A program made the position numbers and the translations under genes. A stretch of 63,854 nt of DNA, the filler included, from Octopus bimaculoides (Eukaryota): NCBI RefSeq assembly GCF_001194135.2. It is 7 parts of 7 records of this genome, joined end to end, with 100 filler letters (N's around TTAATTAATTAA, not from the genome) between each part and the next. Parts side by side here need not be neighbours in the genome. Positions count along the whole stretch, not along the records: positions 1 to 28,576 come from NC_068982.1; 6 more parts are not named here. One strand, given 5' to 3'. Shown here one piece after another: positions 13,474 through 26,625 of the stretch (position 1 is the stretch's first letter; each line of letters opens with the position of its first letter). Below the pieces are notes generated by a model that worked only from the letters and a program-made list of their open reading frames with translations, had not been told where the DNA came from and searched no databases.

Positions 13474-13634
13474 TACATTTTGTGTTCAAATTCCACCGAG
13501 GTCAATTCTTCCTTTCATCCATTCGGGGTGGGTAAAATAAGTTCCAGTTGAACACTGAGGTCAATGTAATCGACTAGCCCCGTTCCTCACAAGTTTCAAG
13601 CCTTACGCTTATAACAGAAAGGATTATTAGATTA
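13474..13634 (+). mobile_element. 5'-truncated family A SINE
   Basis: B box to tail; attattagatta occurs at both ends (13464 and 13623). Confidence 0.7.
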
Positions 13635-13789
13635 TATAATCTTCTAGTACCACACATTGCCATTTTGTGTAAGTCCCCGAATGTGTAGAGAAGGAATGCG
13701 AATCATTCGACCGATTCATAATTCTATTGATACATTTTTTATCGACCCAAGAAGGATGAACAACAGAATGAACAATACAGATCAGTTAC

Positions 13790-13843
13790 TCCATAATGGT
13801 GCCCTGCGGCGTACTGATGTACTGCGAGATGTAACTAGGTCCG
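13790..13843 (-). CDS. Internal exon of the unidentified minus-strand gene (54 nt, phase 1 to 1)
   Basis: Acceptor aatttccttattttcacag| and donor GGA|gtaact; GC-rich island; DLVTSRSTSVRRRAPLW (a phase-2 frame, GPSYISQYISTPQGTIM, is also open). Confidence 0.62.
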
Positions 13844-14730
13844 CTGTGAAAATAAGGAAATTATATTTAAAAAATAAATACATTTTGAAAGCGTCGTTAG
13901 ATCGTTAGCTACAGTACCTCGCGCTATTTGTTCCGATTCTTTGTGCTCTAAATTCAAAATCATTCGAGGTCAAATTTGTTTTATCCCTTCAGAGTCGATT
14001 ATAAAAGGTACAGTTCTTGGGCGTGAAGTTAGCGGAATTATGAGAAGAACTCAAGAAATGTCTTGCGATCCAGGCTCTTACGATCTGGCGCGAAGCTTTC
14101 CATTACGCAGACGTCAAGCTATATTGGCCTAAGTCAGTAGCCGGTCCCTTGAATAAACATCAATGGCATCGAAAAGTCTTGCTCAGAACTGCACATGTGT
14201 AGATGCATGCTCAGCTTTAACCGACGATGGCCCCTTATATAGGCTAAAATATATAAATCCTTCTTTTTGTACTCAAAGTCTGTCAAACTATTTTTATTTG
14301 CTCTGAAGCTTCGGTTTTAAAAGTTTTGAATCCCTGAAATAGATATATAAACTCAAAAACCTTAGTGTTTAGCAAGTTGATCTGATTAGTTACCAGTCAT
14401 TTTTTTAATACCATCACGAGAAAAAATATAACCATCTTCTGTATACGGAGAGACTAACAAATTATACCTATTTATTGTGTATACAAATTAGAACACACTT
14501 AAACTGCATCACGGATTGACAAAAACTAATGATGTGACCACTATGCTTACTTTTCACAGTGAGGCTAAATTTTTCAAAATACAGACATTACTTTTCAAAT
14601 AATCCAAAAACTTTGTGTTAACAATTAATTAGTTATCCACTTTGTCAGCGCATGAACTTTTATGCAAAGGGCCAGCCCAGTTGTGTCCTAGTTAGTATAG
14701 ACTACAAATATACGGATTAGGAGTTTTCTT

Positions 14731-14769
14731 TCTCTGACGAAGGTCTAAAAAGACTAGAAACTAATCAGA
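14731..14769 (+). ncRNA. Hammerhead ribozyme, slightly decayed
   Basis: TCT-CTGACGA-A-GGTCT AAAA AGACT-A-GAAA-CTAA-TC/AGA; stem III is one change from the palindrome CTAG. Confidence 0.55.
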
Positions 14770-15105
14770 TCGAACCCAATTTCCTGCCAAGGAAGTTATA
14801 AAACCTGCAGTGTTGCCACTTTGTTTTCACAGCAAAGTTAAAATTCTATATTCATTAAAAATATGGTACCATAAATTACATTGCACGTTATAAAAAAAAG
14901 TTATGAAATGAATCGATAATTTGTGGGTGTTTTGTGTGTGTGTGTGTGTATGTGTGTGCGCGTGTGTGCGTGCGTACGTGCGNNNNNNNNNNNNNNNNNN
15001 NNNNNNNNNNNNNNNNNNNNNNNNNNNNNNNNNNNNNNNNNNNNNNNNNNNNNNNNNNNNNNNNNNNNNNNNNNNNNNNNNNNNNNNNNNNNNNNNNNNN
15101 NNNNN

Positions 15106-15161
<56 letters not shown>

Positions 15162-15386
15162 CGGCGAAAGATACGATCATCGACGAGAAAACCGATACGC
15201 TAGTTCTTTCGCACAGACATTCCTTGTGATATTAGTTCCACTGCTTTGTCCGCTGTCTTGTCGCTCTCACTATTGAATCACTGAATCAATGATTGAGACC
15301 TGTAATCAACAATGTTATTCTTCTCAAATTACGTTATAAAATAGATATTAAAAAAAATAAGATGCCGATGACTCGGCTTCCCTTAC

Positions 15387-15416
15387 CTGTTGTAGCAAAT
15401 TTATTTCTTTGAAGTT
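15387..15416 (-). CDS. Short exon of the unidentified minus-strand gene (30 nt)
   Basis: Acceptor aatgtattttctag| and strong donor CAG|gtaagg; LQRNKFATT (phase 1) or NFKEINLLQQ (phase 0). Confidence 0.55.
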
Positions 15417-16170
15417 CTAGAAAATACATTCTTCCCCACCCAATCCATCACCTTGAATTGAGTCTGATTAGTTTGTGAAGGATACCTTCAATAAGAAAAG
15501 AGGAGTCAACAACTGACTGTAACTATGGAACTAATTCTGGGGTTAAGTAAATATTTATCCAAATTATTTTACGTAAAAGAAAGTGTACTACTTATAATGT
15601 ACATAGAAAGATAATGTAAAAATGAAATAGCTACGTCGAAGCCGGATTTGCATAGTCGAGTTGCGAAGTACTTAATATTAATTTATGTTACAGGATCTCA
15701 TAAGTTAATGTTTAACTACAATATTCTTGCAATCTTTAATGCGGCTTTATCAATAATTAACATTGCCGGATAGCCTGAAATTTACTGACAACATCTAAGA
15801 GGAATGAAATATGTAGTTAAGGAGTCTGTTACCAAGAAAAACTTTGAATTGCTTGCAATGTACATTTAATGAAGAGTCACGTACGTTCTAATTTCTCCAC
15901 GTGTCCAAATGATAAACCTTTCGTCCCTTACATGATAGCTTGATCTTGAAAAAATCGTTGTTAAATAGCCCTCAGATTATACCCTTATTGCTTTAATATA
16001 TCTATAAATATTTCAGAAAAGGCTTCAAATTTGAAAAAATGGAATAAATCGAACTCGATACTTGAATAGTATTTGTTATCAGCCAGTCTGTCCTCAGCTT
16101 ACTATATATTGATTGACATAACCGTTAACGCGTCGTACGCCAAGTCTTACAGTGTTTAGTAACGGCCCTT

Positions 16171-16315
16171 TAAGTTCAAATGCTACCGAATTCAATTTTT
16201 GCCTTTCTTGCTTCCGGGGTCGATAAAATAAAGCTCCTATAAATTACTGAGATCGATATGAGTAACTATATCTCTCCCCAAAATTAGAAGCTTTCTGCCT
16301 ATGCTGCAAATCAAT
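16171..16315 (+). mobile_element. Decayed family A SINE (other remnants at 13943-14010 +, 16575-16675 -, 17838-17945 -)
   Basis: gttcaaatgctaccga..ggggtcgataaaataa..gatcgat. Confidence 0.55.
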
Positions 16316-16458
16316 ACTGATTTCCAATATATGAACAAAGCCTCTAATAGTGGGAAGTGATATTATGGGAGAATTTACGAAAAAAACGACAACAGACGAG
16401 GACAGGTGGTATAAACAACAAAAGGATGTATTAGTTTAACGCTCGGGAATAGAGAAAG

Positions 16459-16495
16459 TCTTTAACGTTTCGAGCTACGCTCTTCAACAGAAAGA
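16459..16495 (-). ncRNA. Hammerhead-like motif with a non-canonical core (CUGUUGA) in a pLTR-like repeat (about 16366-16560)
   Basis: TCTTT-CTGTTGA-A-GAGC GTA GCTC-GAA-ACGT-T/AAAGA; stems intact, A6 replaced. Confidence 0.55.
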
Positions 16496-18323
16496 ATAAG
16501 GAGAAAACAAGGAGAAAAACACGGAGAAAAAAAATTGAATGTTGTGGTCAGCGATCTATCATGGCGACTAGCTGATTAAATCGAGCCGGTACCAGAACTA
16601 AACTCAGAACACAAAAATATGGGAATAAGTAGCACAAGGCATTCTGTCCAGCGCTCTACCGATTCTGACAAACTTCTAAGCTAACATAAAGTCTGACTTT
16701 TTGCAGAAAAAATTTCAGCAGAATTAAATACTTGTATTTATTCCAGTCAATACACAGCATAAACATTGTTAAATAAAAAGAAAAACACTTTTTTTCCAAC
16801 TATTTCTGGTGGTGTTTAACTTGATATATATTAGCTTATCTGATACTTTATTAGATAAGCTAATACAGTATTCCAAGTATATGAACTCTGAATAAATAAC
16901 AAGAACTGCTTTCAAAATTCGAAATGAAATTACGTTCAGAATATAGTGAAAACTAATTTTAACCGATATTTAGTAGTCCTAATATTTTTTATACCATCTG
17001 CAGGGAAAGCTGCAGATTTGTTTGGTTTATACAATATATGATTTATTTATACTGAGATTTTTAAGAATGCGTGAGAGGCATTTATATTAGATATTTCTAA
17101 AGTAAAATTTGAATTATATATAAGATGCAAACTATATCTAATCCTCTTCTTTCCAATGTAATAAAAATTACGTCTTCATAAATAAATTTAAATAATTGGC
17201 ATTTTACATAATAATAGGTCTAAATTTTGTTTTTATAGATGTTGCTGAATTTTATCAAGTAATTATGAAATTCGATTAAATTATTTTTTTAAAATTCAAC
17301 TTGGATATTGCCGAAAGATAAATCTTTATAAATGAATATTATTTATATACACCTGATGATTTAACTTTTTCTTAGTTTTCAGTTGGCTATATATTTTTAC
17401 GAGGAACAAATAAAAATAGCCTCTGTTATTGTCTTTAACAAAATGACCGTATTGAAAGAGACTAAATTTTCTAATTGAGTATGAGGTGGTGGTGAAGATG
17501 TTGAGTGAAATTAAACTTGCCGTAAGAATATATATTTTGATGTCATTATCATTTCTCGTGTTATCATTAGCCAATATTAAATGAACAAACATTATACTGA
17601 AAAAAATTAAATTAGGTAATTAATTTGACGAGAAATAATAGTATTCCAGGACATAATATAAAATGTTATTCTATTTCAGTTCAAAAATTAATTCTGTAAT
17701 TTTTAAACATTACTTCCATTTTTAGAAGGTGCAGCAAATTTCTGCTTTCAAATTATTACATATTATTGACTGGTATCTGTATTGATTTCTAACAATGGCA
17801 CAAAGTTACAAATTTTGATGGAATGAACAGACAAATATATCGACCCCAATATTTGACTGGTACATAATTATCGATTCAGGAAGAATGAAAACAAAACCGA
17901 CTCTACACAATTTAAACACGGAACGTAAACGGACGTCACTAAGTAATATAATATATTGTCTTCGCTTCCATTACTTTACTGCTTCATTCATTGGTAGACA
18001 TTAAATGCAAAATTTTCATGTTTTGGGGTCGAAGTAAAATTATTTGAATATACAAGATTTTTTCTTTTTACATGAATTATTTTAATTTGCTCTCAGTTTG
18101 CTATTGCTTTATTATCATTGACATTATATTTCATTTGTATTAAGACCACATTCATATACACACCAGCTCGCATTTCTTATTCTTACATGATACTCATACA
18201 CAATCATGCACACACAAACACTCAGATAGATACATACAGGCACACATACGAGAAACTTATACAATTATATCATATATATATAATAATAATAAATATATAT
18301 CTATCATATATATGTATGTGTGT

Positions 18324-18324
<1 letters not shown>

Positions 18325-18381
<57 letters not shown>

Positions 18382-18443
18382 TTAAATATATAATTTATCT
18401 TGTGCGTATATCGGGACTTGCCGTTACTCACAAATTTAAAGAA

Positions 18444-18501
<58 letters not shown>

Positions 18502-18608
18502 CGTGCGTGCGTGTGTATGCGTGTGCGCGTGTGCGCGTGTGCGCGTGTGCGCGTGTGCGCGTGTGCGCGTGTGTGTGTGTGTATGTGTGTGTCGTGTGTG
18601 TGTGTGTT
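18325..18608. repeat. (AGAT)n followed by (GT)n/(GCGCGTGT)n microsatellites
   Basis: Direct reading; another (AGAT)n lies at 56830-56915. Confidence 0.9.
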
Positions 18609-18645
18609 TCATAGCGTAGTCGCCAAAGCTGAAACCAGATCATAC

Positions 18646-18746
18646 AGAGTCAAGAGAGATCAACGCAATTTGCTTAAACGTTGCAGTTATCACAATCGCT
18701 GGGGATTCCTTGTTTAGTATTAGTTTCCAGGTGGTCAGCAAAGCAA
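18646..18746 (-). CDS. Probable exon of the minus-strand gene (phase 1 to 0)
   Basis: Acceptor aatttttgttaatgtcag| and donor TCT|gtatga; 101 nt with one open frame: [33 protein letters not shown]. Confidence 0.52.
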
Positions 18747-19660
18747 CTGACATTAACAAAAATTTATTTTTTCAGTTGTCTTTCGATAAATGAGAAATAA
18801 AAACCTTCTAAATACATCAGGCATTTCATCTGTTTGTGTGCATTAGACCGTCTACAGGTTTTTCTTCAATATCTTTTATTGTGCATAAATAATACACCAT
18901 TTTCTTCGTCTCCCCGATGAGTTTCTGTTGGATACATTTTCAGTTAAATTACTGCTATTACTGTTGATGTGGAATAATCCACTGTTTTTTGTTGAGAATA
19001 CAGAGACGTTTATGTTCTTCCTAGACACAGTGACTAGTTCAGTTAGTTACGTAACGATAATTTTTATCTTTTACGTTTTGCTGAAGATCTATTAATGCAC
19101 ACAAAGCCTTCTAATTCTTCACTCTGGCAACCATTTGAAACAATTTCTTGTCTTTTTTATCAATTTTTGGTTGTGTTGTTGATTGTTGTTATTGTGGATT
19201 TACTTACAAATTAATGTTGTTTAAATATCGGAATTTTTCATAACGATATAGGTTAAACAACAAAATCTAGTTCGATCGAAATTATCAATTATATATATAT
19301 ATATATAAAATTCACGTAAGATTCTATGATGTGTCTTTGAGTGTGTCTCCACTCATACATGCATGTAATATATAAATGTGCGGGGCTGTGCCTGCTTGTC
19401 AGCGTGTGCGCATGCGTGTACGTGTATGCGTGAACAACATCATATTCAAGCATATTTTTTTGTCCAATGGGACACTGAAATGTAAATGAATTTACAAAAC
19501 TATTCCCCGAGACAGTTACATTTTTCACAACTGATTCACGCTACCAATGCAATGTGTTTTCAATTTTACATGTGTGTGTGTGTGCATACAGGTGTCTCAG
19601 TATGCATGTGTGTGACTTGGTATATATGTACACACACACACACATGCATGCATATATATA

Positions 19661-20526
19661 TAATAAGAAATCTGGTTTCAGGCATTAACAAACGGGTATC
19701 TAAACTCTCGGCCAACTAGGAGATTTTTAATAGGGCCGTCACTACTACAACATTGCTTTAGCCAGAAGCGGGTTTACTGAGAAGCTCACGTGTGTGGAAG
19801 ATCCCCAAAACCCACTTCTTCACCCCAAGAGGATTATGAAAAGGAAAGTTTTCTGGTTTAAATCTCCCATTCAATCTAGAAGTTTCTACCAACGTAGCTA
19901 GGGGCTTCCTGTCGTTAATTAAGAAATATTTCCTCAGAGGTCATAAGTATTGCAAACTCTTCAACTCCCATAACGTCAAGTTGAGCTACTCCTGCTTAGA
20001 CAACATCGCATCAAACATCACACGCATCAACATATTTTAAAATGCACCCGTACAAACCCCAATTCCAACCTACAACTCTCGAAACCCCACCACATGCCCT
20101 CTAGAAGGAGACTGCTACTCAAGGGCCATGGTATACAGAGCCTGCCTTACACCATCCGATGGCATCACTAGGTTCTATACGAGTATGACAGCCAATAACT
20201 TCAAGGGAAGATACTCCCAGCACATGTACTCATTCAAATCCAGGGAGAGAGAGAATTTTACTTCCCTATCTCGCTATCTCTGGAGACTGCGTAACCTTCG
20301 AGACGAAATGCCCAGTATCAAGTGGAATATTGTCGACTGGATGCCAACATATTCACTCGACGCCCCTAATTGCCAGCTCTGCCTCCGCGAAAAACTACAC
20401 AACCTCTACCAACCCGCAGTATCCATCAACAGGAAATACGATGTATCCTGTTACTGTCACCAGAGAAAAGCCCTTCTGGTAAATTTCAAGCCACTGGCCA
20501 CCGACTACACGGATATACCACCTTAG
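19661..20526 (+). mobile_element. Penelope-like element 3' part (RT thumb, linker, GIY-YIG endonuclease), frameshifted
   Basis: IIRNLVSGINKRVSKLSAN*EIFNRA..ALARSGF; KVFWF/NLPFNLEVSTNVARGFLSLIKKYF..KLSYSC; TCPLEGDCYSRAMVYRA..FKGRYSQH..SLSRYLW..IKW..CQLCLREK. Assignment to a Naiad-like clade is from recall. Confidence 0.85.
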
Positions 20527-21295
20527 TACCAGCTGTTTCCCCTGAACCACCTGCACCAAGGTCACCGTCACCAACCAACCCTCATGAACAGGACCGTCAA
20601 TCACCAATCCCCAACGCCTATACGTGAGTGTATGTATATACACTATGTATACGTGCTTGCACACACGTAAATACAAATGCATACACCAGTAAATATACAT
20701 ATGTAGGCGTATACATGCGCACACCGTATGCATTCACACAAATATACATACTAATGCATACACGTGCGCCCCCGTATACATATACGCACGTGCGAGTGCG
20801 TGTGTGCATGTATGTATATACACATACATATATACGCACACACACTCATACATATACATATATACATATAAATACATATATACATACATGCATATATATA
20901 TATGTATATATACACACACGCATATACACACATATACATATATGTATGTATGTATGTGTGTATGTGTGGATGTTTGCATTACACCTATACACACATACAC
21001 ACACTCACGCACACAAACATATTAGCGCGTACACACACACACATATATACGTATATACTCACGCATCTACACACCACTCAGCTCTTTCCTACTTCCCCTC
21101 CAACCACGTGACCGATTTCCTATCCACCACACAATCGATTTCCTGTTCACCACGCCGTATTTACCAAATAATTGTTGACACTGAATTTACCAGCATCAAA
21201 TGGTGACACCGTGCCACTTTTCTCGAACAATCGCAGTCCACCTTCCGATAATAACAATTGACCTTCTTCAACTGATCTCTCATTCAAATTTCCAA

Positions 21296-21336
21296 TGACT
21301 GAGGATTAGCATCACGCTTTGAAACTTAAAGTACCA
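21296..21336 (+). ncRNA. Decayed hammerhead motif upstream of a PLE endonuclease fragment
   Basis: CTGAGGA-TT-AGC ATCAC GCT-TT-GAAA-CTTAAAG-TA; stem I has a mismatch. Confidence 0.35.
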
Positions 21337-21499
21337 AGGAATTTGAATCAAACTATTTTGATCCATACATGTAACTCCCAATAAATGTGTTGAGTGCCGT
21401 TCTTTCGTTTGTTGACCCATTCGTGTGTGTGTGTGTCTGTGTCTGTGTCTGTGTCTGTGTGTCTGTGTTTGTGTGTGTGTAGGGAAAGTAAAAAGAAAA

Positions 21500-22060
21500 A
21501 AGCGAAAATGCACATTGAATATCTTAAATATTTCAAGTGGAACTCTCTACCTGCCAAAATTTAAGATTAAATCAAATTTCACCTGTGCCTGGGAAAACCT
21601 AATCTATGCCATTACCTGCTTAGGGTGCGGTAATCAATATATTGGTCAAACAGGAATATCACTCCGTCGAAGAACCACTCTTTACAAAGAACAAAACCGC
21701 CGCCCACAATACAGACAGATACAGGTCAGTGAATACATAGATAGGTGTACTAGGAACCTTAATACTAATTTCCTAATTCCCCCCTTCTATCAATGTTCAC
21801 AGAATACCCCAGTACAGCAAAGAATGAATAAAGAAGCAACTTCTATCAATAAATATCATCCACAACTTAACCTGAACACAACATAATACAGAACACTACT
21901 AACCTTACCAATAATGCCACTAACACCCATACATTCCATATACCATTCATATTACTATATTATATCTACTCTAATTCCATCACGTCCAGAACTAATTACC
22001 TCCCTTACACAATCTTTTTACTCAGGGACTAGTAGACCCGACACCGTTTGATAATCGGTG
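21500..22060 (+). mobile_element. Penelope-like element GIY-YIG endonuclease plus pLTR remnant
   Basis: FTCAWENLIYAITCLGCGNQYIGQTGISLRRR..KEATSINKYHPQLN; a decayed hammerhead stem GGGACTAGTAGACCC follows at 22025-22039. Confidence 0.85.
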
Positions 22061-22279
22061 CGCATTCAAAGCAAGTGAACAGCAATGACGATACCGGTTT
22101 GACTTTGAATTTCTTTAACAATTCAAAATAATGAATTTCATTGCTCTTGGTATGCAGATTATGCCAAGGCTGGCGCTACCACAGTAAAACAGCAGTAACC
22201 GATTTTTTTTTCTTTTTTGTATCAACAAGCATCCTGTAAGTAGGAAGATGGTCCAGCCATTTTAGTACGAGGAAAGATG

Positions 22280-22445
22280 AGGAAAAATGTACGTAGAGTA
22301 CTTCCAGTATTTAGGTACCCACATATCACAGGTATTGAGAGGGTGATGCAACAGCGTATAGAATGTGGCAGCGCAATCTTCGGTCATCTGAGAAAACAAG
22401 TAAATGAAGATCATGATCCAAAACTAATCTAAGGCACATAAGAAT
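22280..22445 (+). mobile_element. RTE RT fragment
   Basis: VEYFQYLGTHITG..QRIECGSAIFGHLRKQV..HDPKL. Confidence 0.6.
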
Positions 22446-22499
22446 TCTCTGACCTCCCCCGCTCCGGATTCTTATCTGAACCAGCAAGCCTGTACAGAC

Positions 22500-22738
22500 C
22501 ATAATATTTATTTCTTTATTCCCACAGGGGGCTAAACATAGAGGGGACAAACAAGTACAGATAAAGAGAATAAGTCGATTGCATCGACCCCAGTGCACAA
22601 CTGGTACTTATTTAATCGACCTCGAAAGGATGAAAGGCAAAGTCGACCTCGGCGGAATTTGAACTTAGAATGTAGAGGCAGACGAAATACTGCTAAGCAT
22701 TTCGCCCGGCGTGCTAACGATTCTGCCAGCTCGCCGCC
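22500..22738 (-). mobile_element. SINE family A, full length
   Basis: Reverse complement of the 10801 head and body, with a different 3' end. Confidence 0.85.
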
Positions 22739-23210
22739 CTACAGTACAGAACGTAATATTAATTAACAAATAAATGACAAATGAACTGAGATTACGTAAT
22801 CACGTTCATTAGCTTAAAAGTGTTTCTGCTATAAGAAACGGTGTACTCAGATTTGAGTACCAGTGCAATTTGAATAAAGTGTTTCGTTATTGACAAAAGT
22901 ATTTAAAAATATATAGTNNNNNNNNNNNNNNNNNNNNNNNNNNNNNNNNNNNNNNNNNNNNNNNNNNNNNNNNNNNNNNNNNNNNNNNNNNNNNNNNNNN
23001 NNNNNNNNNNNNNNNNNNNNNNNNNNNNNNNNNNNNNNNNNNNNNNNNNNNNNNNNNNNNNNNNNNNNNNNNNNNNNNNNNNNNNNNNNNNNNNNNNNNN
23101 NNNNNNNNNNNNNNNNNNNNNNNNNNNNNNNNNNNNNNNNNNNNNNNNNNNNNNNNNNNNNNNNNNNNNNNNNNNNNNNNNNNNNNNNNNNNNNNNNNNN
23201 NNNNNNNNNN

Positions 23211-23246
<36 letters not shown>

Positions 23247-24129
23247 TCATATAGATATGCATATATTTAAACAAATACTAGACCAAGCTTTCTACTAAGA
23301 TTTTTCAAAGGTTTTTAGATGCATTTCTCTCTTACAGCCCAGATGAGTCATTTGCAAACATTACAACGAAAGCAGAGCAGCTACCATAAAATTCCTTGAG
23401 ATACCAACAAGAGATAGCACGCACACTGAAAATCCAAGAAAAATACAATGGGCGATGAAAATATACCGAGAGGAAACAATAGACATGAAAAGAACATGAA
23501 ACGCCGAAGGCAGTACTCATAGTTAAAGTCATCTAAGAAGAAAGGACCAGCCCGCGTCCATATAAACTGAATATATATATTATTGATAATAAGCTACATA
23601 TATATAAGCAAAACATAATAAGCTAAATATAAACTTAACGTTGTAATGGTGAATGCTTCACACACACAAAACAATGACAGCTACAATTACAACAGCGGCG
23701 GCAACTAAGCTAAAGCTTATTCTTTTTCCTCCGAATCACATGGATTCGAGGTCTGGGTCTTTGTATAGTGACTACGTTTCAATAATTCTTGTGTCTGTTT
23801 TCAGGCACCAACAACAACACTGTGATAATACTTTTTTCTCTATTTATGAAGAAAAGACATTTTAAAGAAAGATATTTTTCACTGTATGATAAGAATAGAA
23901 ATGTCTATCTCCTGTGATTTTTCTTTCAATTTTTATCAAGTTTTTTTTTTAAACAAATTAAATAGTAACAAGGTACATTGTCTAGTATTTATATACATCA
24001 ACATTTTTATTTTTATTTTCTGTGTGTGTGTATTTTCAAACAGAAACTTTAACACAAAACTTCCATAATGGAATCTATTGGAGTATTTCAATATATCAAT
24101 ACATTACATTGTGCCACTAATAAGCTGCG

Positions 24130-24360
24130 CTAACGACCGCGAGCACGATCACGACAACAACGACTACTACATTAATGACGAAGGCGGCGGCGAGGGCAGC
24201 AACGGCGGCGGCGGCGACGGCTGCGGTGGTGATGGTTGTGATGGCGGCGGCAGAGAAAGAGAAAGAATGAATGAAAATATGACGGAATAAAGAATATGAC
24301 AGGAAAAATACCAAGGAATATGATGATGACGACGACGGCGGCGGCAGCGACGATGATGTT
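24130..24360. repeat. GC-rich cryptic triplet repeat (GGC/GAC/GAT)
   Basis: Direct reading; no splice context or complex protein sequence. Confidence 0.7.
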
Positions 24361-25636
24361 CATGTTACCGTTACTCATCGAAAGATTTTCTTCCTCTATT
24401 AGGATAAATACATTTCAAAAGTATTTATCTCAATTACAATATGGCAGACTGTTGTCTTCTGAATTGACAAGTTTCGACTGAGCATGTCAGTTTTTAGCTT
24501 GTTCAGATGAAATGAAAGAAAAAATAAATTAAATAAAATAATTTGAAGCCGTGTTCCGTATTTTACATTAACTTTATGACTTGCTACTACCGAAGATTCT
24601 AATTTGATTTGAAATTCTATTAGATTGAAATATCAATTTACTGATTTCTTATGATCTAGCTTTTATGTCTAAGTATTTATATTTATTTACATATATGGAA
24701 ATGAAAAAGAAACATATATGCCAGTGTGTATCTGCAAGTATTTATGAATGAATGAATGAATGAATGTGTGTAAGAATGGGTGGATGAATATGTGCATGTA
24801 TTATAAGTATGGATGGATTCATGGACGGACTAATGTGTAAAAGGGTGGAAGGATACTAATATACATTTATGAATGCTTTTCTAGGTTTCTTTTTAAAATG
24901 TCTCATGACTACCGGAAGAGCTTTTTCCATCTAAATAACAAAGCTTCTTGACTGAAATCTAGGTAATCATAAATACATGTATGTATGTAACTACGTATGT
25001 ATGAATAATTTTGAATGTAAGGTATAACTTTATAATAGGTAAATTTTTGCTTTACCTTAAAAACTAAATAAAGTAGAGACACTACATGGATTTTTCCCTC
25101 CCTAAGCAGAATAAAATGATTTTATTTATTTAATTTCTAGTCTTGTTAGGCATTCAGAGAAAGAATGCTGATATTCTCTCCATGAATAGATAAGCAGAAT
25201 ATAGTATTTATGCTTTATTGTGTATGTAAATTAGGACTCAACTCAACTGGTCTAATTCACATAGTAGTGCATGCGCTGAGAAAAAGTATCAATTCATTCA
25301 TGATGCACTATGCAATATTTTGAATAGTATGAAATGCAAGATATATATTTTTTAATAAAAATGCAAATTGGACTAATCGATTTTGCTGAGTCAAGTTGTA
25401 ATTGCACGCACTGTTATGCAAACTAGACAGGCCAACCTCACTGAGGCTTAACTATGTAATGAGTTGCGCCCCTTATACCTCCGACCTAGCATGCTTTCAC
25501 CAGAAGCTTTCGTATATAGTTTGAACATCCGAATTATTGTCAGTTATGTTATTTGAATCAGCTGGAAAAGTTTCCATCCTTTACTGGAATTTCATCAGCA
25601 ACGGAGCACCCGTCTATGACTCTCTCCAGAAACATT

Positions 25637-25889
25637 ATTGAGGAGCTTACTTTCAAAACCGGTATGAGTGCATATTTGGTCGATTTCATGATAACCATTA
25701 AAACACAGTCTGCAAGCTGCTGGCTTCACGCACGTGAAATATTTTTCGGTCAAACTGGAATAGATGTCATATAAACAGTAGGCGAATCTTAGTCTTCCAA
25801 TCAAAATCAGATATATTCAAGTTGTTTTAAACAATTACTCAAAAGCCATTCCGATGCATATATCTGGTATTGAAAGTAAGCTCTTCAAT
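25637..25889. mobile_element. MITE-like element with ~36-bp imperfect terminal inverted repeats
   Basis: attgaggagcttactttcaaaacc (25637) versus ggtattgaaagtaagctcttcaat (ends 25889). Confidence 0.45.
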
Positions 25890-26173
25890 GACAGACACTA
25901 TTACAAAGGGCTTCACTAAAACGGTTAAATTGACTTGCATAGATAACGCCTTTTTGGAAAGTAGTTTAATTAATAAATTTCAGTTCTGTTTGTAACTTCG
26001 TTCAATTTAAATAGTAGTGTTGATTGAAATATATAGATATATCTTATACTAAACTATCACAAATTAAATGTAATTCTATCCTAAATATTTTTTGTGTGTA
26101 TTTCTATGTTAATGTGACCATAACACTGATATTATCATTGCATCACTGGCTTTGATGTTAATATTGTCATTAA

Positions 26174-26625
26174 GGCACCAGCTGGCAGAATCGTTATCAC
26201 GCCGAGCAACATGTTTAACGGCATTTCATCTATCTTTACGTTCTGAGTTCAAATTCGCCAAGGTTGACTTTGCCGCTCATCCTTTCGGAGTCGACAAAAT
26301 AAGTACCAGTTGAGCACTGGGATCGATGTAATCGACTTACCCACTCCTAAAAAAATTGCTGGTCTTGTGCCAAAAATAAAAACCAATATTAATATTGTCA
26401 TTAAGGCAGTGAGCTGACAAGATCTCTAGCACGCCGGGAGAAATACTTTGCCTGTCTTTACGTTCTGAGTTCAAGTTCTGTCAGGATTAACTTTGCTTCT
26501 CAACCTTTCGGGATCGATACAATAAGTACTAGTTGAGCATTGGGGTCGTAACCCCTCCCCCGACGTAACCCGACGTAACCCCTCCCCCGAAAAAACTGTC
26601 CTTATACCAAAATTCGAAGCTAGCA
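26174..26625 (+). mobile_element. Two tandem family A SINEs (26174-26388, 26405-26625)
   Basis: Both have head and body; they are bounded by three copies of ttaatat(t/a)gtcatt. Confidence 0.85.

Noticed and set aside
24078-24481. Gly/Ala/Asp-rich ORFs
   Set aside because: Cryptic triplet-repeat drift with no splice or coding context.
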